DNA from: Gammaproteobacteria bacterium
GTDB taxonomy: Bacteria; Pseudomonadota; Gammaproteobacteria; Steroidobacterales; Steroidobacteraceae
Assembly (NCBI GenBank): GCA_027452045.1
Contig: DAIDHH010000083.1
Location: 2,139 to 66,138 of the forward strand
DNA length: 64,000 nucleotides
Direction of reading: 5' to 3'
In this document: piece after piece, positions 44,350 to 52,724 of the stretch
How the letters are laid out: each line of letters begins with the position of its first letter
Numbering within the stretch: position 1 is the stretch's first letter
Program-made: the position numbers and the translations under genes
The notes under the pieces: model-generated
What the model saw: the letters and a program-made list of their open reading frames with translations, nothing else
Told to the model about the DNA's origin: nothing
Databases searched by the model: none

Positions 44350-47301
44350 GCCCGCACCTGCACCGTAGGCAAGGGGCAGCATGCCGAGCGCCGCGGCGAG
44401 CGAGGTCATGAGGACAGGCCGTAGTCTGCGATGGCCGGCCTGCACCAGCGCCTCGACGAGCTCCATGCCCTCGGCGCGAAGCTGGCGGCAATAATCGAGC
44501 ACCAGAACGCCGTTCTTGGCGACGATGCCGACGCCGATGATGGCGCCGAGGTATGAGACGATGTTCAAGGTGATGCCGCTCACCCAGAGCCCCACCATGG
44601 CGCCAAAGAGCGCGAGCACCGCGCCGAAGACGATCGCGATCGGCTCATGGAACGAGCGGAATTCCACCACCAGGACGGTGAAGACGAGCAGAATCGCCGC
44701 GAGCAGCACGGCGAGGAGGTTCTGGAAGGACTGTTGCTGAAGCCGGTAAAGTCCTGCGAACTGCACGCTGCCGGGCGGCAACCAGCTGTCGCGGGCGAGC
44801 GTGGCGCGCACCTCCCGCATCGCGGTGCCGAGATCGATACCTTCGAGGCGGGCCGAGACGATGTCGTCCTGGCGCAGATTGTCGCGGTTCAACTCCACCT
44901 GGTTGGCGCGTTCCTGCACCGTCGCCACCTGCTTCAGCCGCACGAGTGCGCCGCTCGGTGTGCGGATTGGAAGATTGGCGAGGGTTGCCAGTCGATCGAT
45001 ACTCTGCGGATTGACCATCACCCGCACGTCCACCACTCGGTCGCCCTGCAACACGTACGAGGAGGTGGTGCCGAGCAGGGCGGTATGAACGGCATCCGCA
45101 ATGTTCTGTGTGGTGAGTCCGAAGCGGGCCGCATCAGCGGGACGCACTTTCAGATCGAGGGTCGGACCGCTCACCACCAGCCCGTCGAAGGTATCGACGA
45201 GGCCCGGGATCTGCTTGATTTGCGCCTCGACACGCGGCGCGGTCGTCTCGAGCCACTTGAGGTTCGGTGAGAACAAACGGATCTCGATCGGATAGGGCGC
45301 GAGCTGCAAATCTCCGACGAGATCGGTGAGGAAGCCCTTGAAGTCCCAGCGGATCATGGGAAAGCGCCGGTCGAACTCGGCGCGCAGCTGATCGAGGACC
45401 TGCTCGGTCGTGTGCCTGCGGTCGGGCTTGAGCTTGATGAGGAAGCTGCCGACGTTGGGCTCGGACAAGAAGGGCCCGAGCTGCGTGCCGAGCTGCCGCG
45501 AATAGGCTTGCACATCCGGGTCGGCGCGGATGATCCGCTCGGCCTGATCGAGCTCGCGCGAAGCCTCGGCGAGACTCGTGCCGGGGAGCGCCGCAAAATC
45601 GATGTTGAAGCCCCCCTCATCGAATTGGGGCAGAAATCCCGTCTGCAGCTGCCGATACACGAAGAGCGCACCGAGTGCGATGGCCGCGCAGGCGAGCAGC
45701 GTCAACCCGGCATGTCGCAAGGCCCACCGGACGGCACTCTCGTACACGCGCAGAATGGGCCGCAGGACGCGCCCTGATTCTTCGCCGGCTTGGATGCGGC
45801 CGCGGATGAGCCATCCGGCGAGCGAGGGTGTCAAGGTGAGCGCCAAGAGCAGGGAGACGAGGAGCGAGACCACCATGGTCATGCCGAGTGCCCGGAAGAA
45901 TACCCCGGCAAGCCCGCTGAGGAACGTGAGCGGCAGGAACACCACGACCGGCGTCAAGGTCGAGCCGATGAGCGCGGTCAGGATCTCACCCATGGCCTCC
46001 TGAATGCCCGCGAGGCGCGGGCTGCCGGAGGCGATGCGGTGGCACATCGCCTCGACGACGATGATGGCATTGTCGATGATGAGCCCGATCGAGGCGGCGA
46101 TTCCGCCGAGGGTCATCATGTTGAAACTCATGCCGGCGAGCTTCATGGCGACGAACGTGATGAGGACCGAAATCGGTATCGTGACGAGCGCCGTCCAGAC
46201 GCTCCCCCAGCTTTTGAGGAAGAGATAGAGGATGACCGCCGAGAGAATCAGCCCGAAGATGACGGCATCCCACACGTTGCTGATGGACGCGCGAACGAAT
46301 GAGGATTGATCATAGAAAAAGGCGAGGTGCATGTCCGGCGGCAACTCGCGATGCAGCAGCTTGAGATCCTTCTGCAGCGCGGCCGCGATGGCCGGCGTGC
46401 TGGCGTTCGTGTGACTCTCAATGTCAAAAAGCACCGCGGGCCGTCCCTGGGAAGTGACGTTCGTGTAGGTCGGCGCGGGTCCCGGCACCACGCGGGCGAC
46501 GTCGCGCACACGGATCGGGTGACCCTCGTGGACGGCGATCACCACGTTGCCGATCTGAGCGGGCGAATAGACCCGCCCGTCCACCGTGGCGAGGTACAAC
46601 CGGTAGTTCTGCGCGAGGAAACCGGCTGAGGCGACCAGGTTGTTGCGCGCCAGCGCTGCGGTGACGTCCTCGAGCGCAAGATGCGCAGCCTCGAGCCTGA
46701 GCGGGTCTACTACGACGTGGTACTCGGGCACGCGGCCGCCGATGATCTCCACTCTCGAGACCCCGGGGATCTGCAGGAAGAGCGGTTTGACGGTGTACGT
46801 GGCGATGTTCCAGAGGGTCGTGAGCCTCTCGTGGGATCCGGTCAGGCTGATGCCGATAATGGGATAGCTCAGCGAGAACCCGACCCGCTCGGCGCGCGTG
46901 ACGGCCGTCGCAGGCAGTTGACTGCGGATCTCCGCAAGTCGACCGAGCACATACAGCTCCGCCCGGTGCATGTCGGTGCCCCAGGCGAACTTCACGTTGA
47001 CGATGGCCGATCCCCGCGTCGTGGTCGAGAGCACCGAGGTGACCCCCGGAATGCTCTTCAAGGACTGCTCGACCGGGCGGGTGACTGTCGCCATCATCTC
47101 ATCGGCTGGCATGATGCCATTGCCGATATTCACCACGATGCGTGGGAAAGCCGTTGCGGGGAACACCGAGGAGGGGGTGTGCAAGGCGGCAAATACGCCC
47201 GCCACGCACAGGATGGCGGCGATGAAAGCGATGGCAATCGTGTGCCGGATCGCGAATCGGCCGACCGGTGAGCCGGCACTGAGGTCTGTGGGTGCGCTCA
47301 T
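44203..47301 (-). CDS. RND efflux permease (family unresolved; TM4 reads IGLIIDNAIIVVE)
   Basis: 1032 aa, 12-TM RND layout. Follows the MFP and OMF genes. Confidence 0.9.
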   Translation of the reverse strand: MSAPTDLSAGSPVGRFAIRHTIAIAFIAAILCVAGVFAALHTPSSVFPATAFPRIVVNIGNGIMPADEMMATVTRPVEQSLKSIPGVTSVLSTTTRGSAIVNVKFAWGTDMHRAELYVLGRLAEIRSQLPATAVTRAERVGFSLSYPIIGISLTGSHERLTTLWNIATYTVKPLFLQIPGVSRVEIIGGRVPEYHVVVDPLRLEAAHLALEDVTAALARNNLVASAGFLAQNYRLYLATVDGRVYSPAQIGNVVIAVHEGHPIRVRDVARVVPGPAPTYTNVTSQGRPAVLFDIESHTNASTPAIAAALQKDLKLLHRELPPDMHLAFFYDQSSFVRASISNVWDAVIFGLILSAVILYLFLKSWGSVWTALVTIPISVLITFVAMKLAGMSFNMMTLGGIAASIGLIIDNAIIVVEAMCHRIASGSPRLAGIQEAMGEILTALIGSTLTPVVVFLPLTFLSGLAGVFFRALGMTMVVSLLVSLLLALTLTPSLAGWLIRGRIQAGEESGRVLRPILRVYESAVRWALRHAGLTLLACAAIALGALFVYRQLQTGFLPQFDEGGFNIDFAALPGTSLAEASRELDQAERIIRADPDVQAYSRQLGTQLGPFLSEPNVGSFLIKLKPDRRHTTEQVLDQLRAEFDRRFPMIRWDFKGFLTDLVGDLQLAPYPIEIRLFSPNLKWLETTAPRVEAQIKQIPGLVDTFDGLVVSGPTLDLKVRPADAARFGLTTQNIADAVHTALLGTTSSYVLQGDRVVDVRVMVNPQSIDRLATLANLPIRTPSGALVRLKQVATVQERANQVELNRDNLRQDDIVSARLEGIDLGTAMREVRATLARDSWLPPGSVQFAGLYRLQQQSFQNLLAVLLAAILLVFTVLVVEFRSFHEPIAIVFGAVLALFGAMVGLWVSGITLNIVSYLGAIIGVGIVAKNGVLVLDYCRQLRAEGMELVEALVQAGHRRLRPVLMTSLAAALGMLPLAYGAGAGAQMLQPLGIAVIGALCFSVLLSLIATPVVYYLLVRLHERYIASHPAVE

Positions 47302-48359
47302 CGCGGGGCAGTCGCAGAGGATGGCTCAGCTGCTGGCGACCCCGCGGTTTCGCCTTGAATCTGGATTGCGGTGCGGATGGGGAGTCCATACGCGCCCACC
47401 GTTACGACTCGAGTGCCGGGGGCAAGTCCGGGGCCGCTCACCTGCACCCAGCCGCCCTCGCGCAAACCCGTCTTGATGGGGACTCGGATCGCCTCCCGAC
47501 CGCGAACGACGGAGAGGATACCGCTGCCGCCTGCGGCGTTACGAATGACGCTCTCGCTCGGCGCCACCAGCGCATCGCGCGCCGTAGCCGTGACGATGCG
47601 CAGGCGAACGAATTGCCCCGACCGCAGGCCGCTATGGGGCGGCAGACTCGCCCAGGCCATGACGGTTCCGTCCTTCGAATTGATGGTGGGACTCACGTAG
47701 GTGAGCGCCGTCGACACAGGTACTGCACCGAGGAGTTGCAGCGGTTCGCCTGGTTTGAGCTCGACAGCGTCCGTCTCGGGAATGCTCGTGCGTACGACGA
47801 GCCGATTGAGGTCGATTACCTCGGCGAGTATGGTGCTCGCGTCCACCGCCGCGCCCGGCTTGACGTTGACGCTGACCACCGTTCCGCTGAGAGGTGCCGT
47901 GACGCGTAGCAGCGCAAGCTGCGCCTCGGCGTTCTGCAAAGCCTTCAGGGAGGCGTTGTGCTCAGCGTAGAGCCGCTTGAGCCGGATCACTTCCTGAGCC
48001 GCGTAAGCCTCGGTCGTCGATCCGGAATTCAATTCCATCAGCAACTGGCCGCGCCTGACGCGCTGACCCGCGGTGACGGCTACTGCGGTCACCACCCCTG
48101 TCACGGGTGCGGCAATCGCCGCGGCCGCGGCGGACCGATGTCGTATTGCCGGGGCGGGCGCGACGACGCCGTATCCCGGGACGTACCGATGGAGGGTGAT
48201 ACGTCTGAGTTCGCCGACCTGGACGCTGATCACCGAGCCGGTCGATGCTGCGGCCTCTCGGGAAGCCGAAGGCGCGGCTCGGTGGGATCGGAGTGCATAT
48301 GCGCCAAATATGGCGCCCAGGGCGAGGAGGCCACCGGCAATCAGGATGCGGGATTTCAT
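47298..48359 (-). CDS. RND periplasmic adaptor subunit
   Basis: ATGA overlaps on both sides. Signal anchor. Lipoyl/barrel-type repeats. Confidence 0.85.
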   Translation of the reverse strand: MKSRILIAGGLLALGAIFGAYALRSHRAAPSASREAAASTGSVISVQVGELRRITLHRYVPGYGVVAPAPAIRHRSAAAAAIAAPVTGVVTAVAVTAGQRVRRGQLLMELNSGSTTEAYAAQEVIRLKRLYAEHNASLKALQNAEAQLALLRVTAPLSGTVVSVNVKPGAAVDASTILAEVIDLNRLVVRTSIPETDAVELKPGEPLQLLGAVPVSTALTYVSPTINSKDGTVMAWASLPPHSGLRSGQFVRLRIVTATARDALVAPSESVIRNAAGGSGILSVVRGREAIRVPIKTGLREGGWVQVSGPGLAPGTRVVTVGAYGLPIRTAIQIQGETAGSPAAEPSSATAPR

Positions 48360-49795
48360 GGGAGGTTGGATGCCTTCTCGGATTCCGCGGATCGCACCGC
48401 GGAGGAGGACAGGGTGAGGGGACTTTGCACGGCGTCTTCTAAGACGCCGAGCGCCCGTTGGGCCGACACGTCGGCGGCGAGCCGGCTTTGAACCGCGGCG
48501 TAGAAGGCGACCTTGGCGGTGGCGAGATCGAGCGGCTGCCGCTCTCCGGCCTGCACTTGTTGGCGAATCGCATTGAGTTGGCGGCGCAGGTTGCCGAGCA
48601 ACGCAGTGGCGGTTTGCACCCGGGTGAGGGCCGCGCGATAGGCTGCAAGCGCGCCATCAATCTGCGCGACCGCATCGGCCTGTATGGTGATGAACCGGGC
48701 CGCGGCCGCCCGCCGCCGGGCACGTGCCTCGGCGATCGGCCCTTGGTTATGGTTGAGCACCGGCAGCGTCACGTTAAGCCCGAGCTGCCACTCGCTGTCG
48801 CCGGCAAGCTGCGCATTCCAGGCGTAGCCGGATCCGAGGTTGATGCTCGGCCATTGACGGGCGATCTGGAGCTTCAGTGCCGATTGGCTGGCCGCGTAGC
48901 GCTCGAGTGCGGCGCGCACGTCGGAGCGGCCCAGCAGGGCGTCGCGGCGCACCTCGGGTCGGGTCAGATCCTGAGGAAATTCGTCGAAACCTGAAAAGGA
49001 AAATCGCACGTGCTGCAATGCCCGTGGCGGTACTCCGAGCGCATCCGCAAGCGCAATGCTCGCTTCCCGTATCTGCCCCTCCTGTGCTTGTCGGGCAAGC
49101 GTCGTGCGGTCGAGCGCGATACGCGCCTGGGTCACCTCATAGCTCGATACGACACCGGCTTTGAACTGACCCTCGAGCAGATTTAGGACCGTCCGTTGTG
49201 CGGCTTCCTGACGGGCCAGCAACACCTCGCTCCGGTGTGCCGCGTACAGCGCAAGCAGCGCCGCCCGCAGGCGGTTGCGCACTGCCCAGACCGTGCCGAT
49301 GAGATCCCAGCGAGCCGCGGCCGCCAGGTGGCGCGCGACGGCCATGCGGTCACCGCGGCGGCCGGCGGTCTCGAGCGGCCAGTCCATGCTGAGCGGCACG
49401 ATCCACGGACTCGGGGCGCCCGGGATCCCGGAATCGTGTGCGGGACTGACGGATAGCGACGGGTTCGGTCGCTCGGCAGCGGTGCTGCGCGCGGCTTGGG
49501 CCGCCAAGAGCTGCGCCCGCGCGTAGGCGAGGGATGGCTGGTAGTAAAACGCGGCCAAAGTCAGCGCTCTGAGGTCCCAGGGACGCCCGGGTGCCGGGGA
49601 GGCGGCATGATTGGCGGCGAGGAACGCCTCGAGACCCGGACGGAAGAGGGAACGGTCTTCGTACGCGGCTAGAGACTGCGCGGGAGAGATCGGTCGGGGC
49701 TGGAAATGGGCGCAGCCGGAGAGCGCCAGCGCGAGGACCCACGCGTGCGCCGCGACGAACCGTATGGCCCGTGACTTGAAGTTCGCTCTCAGCAT
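48356..49795 (-). CDS. NodT/TolC-family outer-membrane lipoprotein
   Basis: ATG49795 within ORF 48356..50056. Lipobox LALSGC. TolC-type repeats. Confidence 0.85.
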   Translation of the reverse strand: MLRANFKSRAIRFVAAHAWVLALALSGCAHFQPRPISPAQSLAAYEDRSLFRPGLEAFLAANHAASPAPGRPWDLRALTLAAFYYQPSLAYARAQLLAAQAARSTAAERPNPSLSVSPAHDSGIPGAPSPWIVPLSMDWPLETAGRRGDRMAVARHLAAAARWDLIGTVWAVRNRLRAALLALYAAHRSEVLLARQEAAQRTVLNLLEGQFKAGVVSSYEVTQARIALDRTTLARQAQEGQIREASIALADALGVPPRALQHVRFSFSGFDEFPQDLTRPEVRRDALLGRSDVRAALERYAASQSALKLQIARQWPSINLGSGYAWNAQLAGDSEWQLGLNVTLPVLNHNQGPIAEARARRRAAAARFITIQADAVAQIDGALAAYRAALTRVQTATALLGNLRRQLNAIRQQVQAGERQPLDLATAKVAFYAAVQSRLAADVSAQRALGVLEDAVQSPLTLSSSAVRSAESEKASNLP

Positions 49796-49879
49796 GATCA
49801 AGCTAATACGCACGAGTACCGCCTTCCCCTCTCTTCCCGACGGACTCCCCCGCGGGCCACCGAGGGAGGCGGGAGCGGC

Positions 49880-50197
49880 GTGCGTAATGACAGTGAGACG
49901 ATGAACGTGAGGCATCCCATGATCGAGCAAGACATCCGAGACCTCGAGGGGCGGGGTCCCGACCGCCGACTCGACGGGCTCGAGGCCGATATCTGGACCC
50001 GACTGGCCGTGCAGGAGCAGGCGCGGCGGCGGTCTGTAGGGCTCTTGGCGCTGCAAGTGGTGCTGCTCGGGGTGGCACTCGGTGCGAGCACGCTCGCCGG
50101 TTACCGAGCGCGTCCGATCGATTCCTCCGAGTTGAGCGTCTTTTCGACCCGGATGCCCCTGAACGCCTCGACGTTGCTCGCCGAGGACAGACCGTGA
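49880..50197 (+). CDS. small single-TM protein, CnrY-like anti-sigma candidate (start uncertain: 49880/49901/49919)
   Basis: One TM segment LLALQVVLLGVALGA. Coupled to the next gene (GTGA overlap). Confidence 0.5.
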   Translation: MRNDSETMNVRHPMIEQDIRDLEGRGPDRRLDGLEADIWTRLAVQEQARRRSVGLLALQVVLLGVALGASTLAGYRARPIDSSELSVFSTRMPLNASTLLAEDRP

Positions 50198-50637
50198 TCG
50201 CGAACGCGCGCACGGTGGTTGCCGTGGTGGTGCTCACGGCGCTCGCAGGGGCGGTGGGCGGCTGGCTTGGCGTGCATTACGGTGTGGCGGCTCAGCGTTC
50301 GAGCACCAGCCTCAACCGGCTGCTGCATCGGCAGCTCCATCTGAGCGCCGATCAACGGAGCCGGCTCGCCGCCTTGGAGACCCGCTACGACGCGCGCCGC
50401 CGTCTTCTCGAGTCCGAGGCCCGGGCGGCCAACCGTGAGCTCGCCGCGGCATTGCGGGCCGACCCTCAGTACGGCCCCAAGGACGAGCAGGCGATCAACG
50501 ATTTTTTTGCGGCCATGAAGGCGTTGCAGGTCGCGACGGCGAAGCACGTGCTCGCCATGCGTGCCGTCCTGACGCCGCAGCAGGCCCAGAAATTCGATCG
50601 GACCGTGTCCCGCGCGCTCGACTCCGACCGGCCGTGA
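50194..50637 (+). CDS. periplasmic heavy-metal sensor / Spy-CpxP-ZraP family (CnrX-like position)
   Basis: N-terminal TM. LSADQRSRLAALETRY ... LTPQQAQKF pattern. Confidence 0.7.
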   Translation: MIANARTVVAVVVLTALAGAVGGWLGVHYGVAAQRSSTSLNRLLHRQLHLSADQRSRLAALETRYDARRRLLESEARAANRELAAALRADPQYGPKDEQAINDFFAAMKALQVATAKHVLAMRAVLTPQQAQKFDRTVSRALDSDRP

Positions 50638-51227
50638 CGGAAAATCCGGATGAATCCGAGTGGCTGCTTGCGGTGGCAGCCCGAGCGGGCGATCGCGGGG
50701 CATTCGAGAGACTCGTCCGGTTGCACAAAAATGCCCTCTACCGATTCGCGCGGCGCTACATCGGCAATTCGCAAGACGCCTACGACATCGTCCAGGACAC
50801 ATTCGTGGCCGCCTGGCTGGCATTGCACCGGTATGACGAGCGGAAGTCCTTTACCTTCTGGCTGCGTGCCATCGCGCTCAATAAGTGTCGCGACTACGGC
50901 AGACGGCGCGCGGTGCGCAGCCGATTCCTGATGCTGTTTGCGTCTGAGCAGGATACGGGATGCGATTCAGAGGACGACCCGGTCGGGTACTCCGAGCCGG
51001 TTGAGGCGACGCATCTTCGCCAGCTCGACCAGGCAATCGCTTCATTGCCGCAGCGCTACAAGGAACCGCTGCTGTTGACTCTCATCAGCGGCCTGACGCA
51101 TCAGGCGGCCGCAGAGCAGCTCGGCACCACGGCCAAAGCGATCGAGATGCGCGTCCGGCGCGCGAAGGAGCGCCTTCGAATGGCATTGCGGCAATCCGAT
51201 GACACCGAGCCGCACAGCGAGCCATAG
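50634..51227 (+). CDS. ECF-type RNA polymerase sigma-70 factor
   Basis: Region 2: FERLVRLHKNALYRFARRYIGNSQDAYDIVQDTFVAAW. Region 4: LPQRYKEPLLLTLISGLTHQAAAEQLGTTAKAIEMRVRRAKERL. Confidence 0.9.
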   Translation: MTENPDESEWLLAVAARAGDRGAFERLVRLHKNALYRFARRYIGNSQDAYDIVQDTFVAAWLALHRYDERKSFTFWLRAIALNKCRDYGRRRAVRSRFLMLFASEQDTGCDSEDDPVGYSEPVEATHLRQLDQAIASLPQRYKEPLLLTLISGLTHQAAAEQLGTTAKAIEMRVRRAKERLRMALRQSDDTEPHSEP

Positions 51228-51713
51228 AAGTACGCCGGTTCTGGTAGGCCGCGAGAAGGTCGTCCGCGCAGTGGTGCACGGATGGTCAACGCCGCGCACA
51301 CGCAGGCGTTCGTCTCGCTGGCGCGACCCATTGCCACGACTCCGAATCGGCTTGAGACGTCTTCTGCCTCCCGGATCAGCCGGATCGCTGCGCTTTCCGG
51401 CCGGGTGATCTCCGTCAGTGGTGGGTCTTTCAACCCTGCAGCGACCGTCCCCGGACCCAGCGGCAGGTCCGCCAACGATTTGCACCGTATTCCGTATCAT
51501 CAAACCGAGACGAACCTCCGTTCTCCATCGCTGCCCGTCGATCCGTCAAACCCGATAAGCCCTGCATGTTAGACGAAGTCTGAAATGGGATTGTTTCCAT
51601 GCGGGCCCTCAATCTGCCATGGGCCATCAGGAACCTCAGACACCGTCATAATGTCACCTTGACATGGCTCCATTCACTCACCGTAGTATGCTGTCATTGA
51701 CAAGAGGTGAGTC

Positions 51714-52025
51714 ATGAGTACCCGCAAACCGCGTAAACCGTCTGGGCGCGTCGCATTCGATGATCGGGGAAATGCCACGTGGGAATGGCAAGGCGAGTCC
51801 GGCCGATTCGACCGTGACATCGATACGCAACGTCTGAAGACGCTCGGCTCGGATTTGAGTTGCGACGGCGCGCACTCGGCGGACCAAGCGCCGCCGCACG
51901 ATCCGTATAACAGATCGACATTACCGGAAGACGGTCAGTCTCGCCCCAGGAAACGTACGCTGGATGACTTGCGACGGTTGAGCGAGGAAATCAAGGCGGC
52001 CCGAGAGAGAAAAACCCGTAAGTAG
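51714..52025 (+). CDS. 103-aa hypothetical protein, copy 1 of an inverted paralogue pair
   Basis: gaggtga lies upstream of the ATG. About 85 percent identical by eye to the product of 60665..60982. Confidence 0.55.
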   Translation: MSTRKPRKPSGRVAFDDRGNATWEWQGESGRFDRDIDTQRLKTLGSDLSCDGAHSADQAPPHDPYNRSTLPEDGQSRPRKRTLDDLRRLSEEIKAARERKTRK

Positions 52026-52336
52026 GGACGATCACGATCACCTTACCCGGTGTCGCGCCGGGATGCCGCTTCGGGAACCCCGGATTCTTCGGCTTAGTCG
52101 ATACATAGGAATCTCGCAGCCAGATCATTGCATGGGCCGCCGCAGCGCGGTCTATTGAGTGTTCGGTGTGCTCCAGCGCCGGAGCGAGGCGGGCGGTGTG
52201 CTGCGCCCTCACTCCCGGGTACGTTATGGCAACTGGGGTTCCGCACGCCTCCATGTCTCCAAAATGAGACGGCGGTCTCAGAGATAGCGGAATTGGTGCG
52301 CAAAAATCTCAAGAATAATCGCCGGGGAACCATTGC

Positions 52337-52690
52337 GTGATCCGATCGAGCACAGCGGAGGATTCTGCCGTCCCGAAGCTCACAGCCGCCGTGCGCTATC
52401 TCGAGGAACAGTTGAGCGCGAGCGGTGTCAAACTCCTTCTGTCAAGAGAATGCCTGAAGGATCTTGCGCTCGATGCGATCGATGCAACCCGTCGAACTCA
52501 GCGACGGGGCGAGTCCTACATCACGTGTGTCTGCCGGCATCTGGACGCGAGAGTGCGCTTCATCATCCTGTGGACGAGTACTGACGAAGTGTTTGATCAG
52601 GCGATCTGGCGCGACTTGGCCGGCATCGCCCGCAAGCACGCATTGGCGCGCCCACGAAGCTCGGAGCGAAATTCTCCAGCGGGACGATGA
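52337..52690 (+). CDS. hypothetical protein (117 aa, GTG start), weak
   Basis: ORF upstream of the GGDEF/EAL gene. No motif recognised. Confidence 0.3.
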   Translation: MIRSSTAEDSAVPKLTAAVRYLEEQLSASGVKLLLSRECLKDLALDAIDATRRTQRRGESYITCVCRHLDARVRFIILWTSTDEVFDQAIWRDLAGIARKHALARPRSSERNSPAGR

Positions 52691-52724
52691 GTTCGGTCCC
52701 GCTGAGTTGGAAATAGGAGGGCGC

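Noticed and set aside
51228-51713. ORFs between the ECF sigma gene and the 103-aa paralogue; also 52026-52336.
   Set aside because: No motif, no start context, and GC falls. Treated as intergenic or junction DNA.
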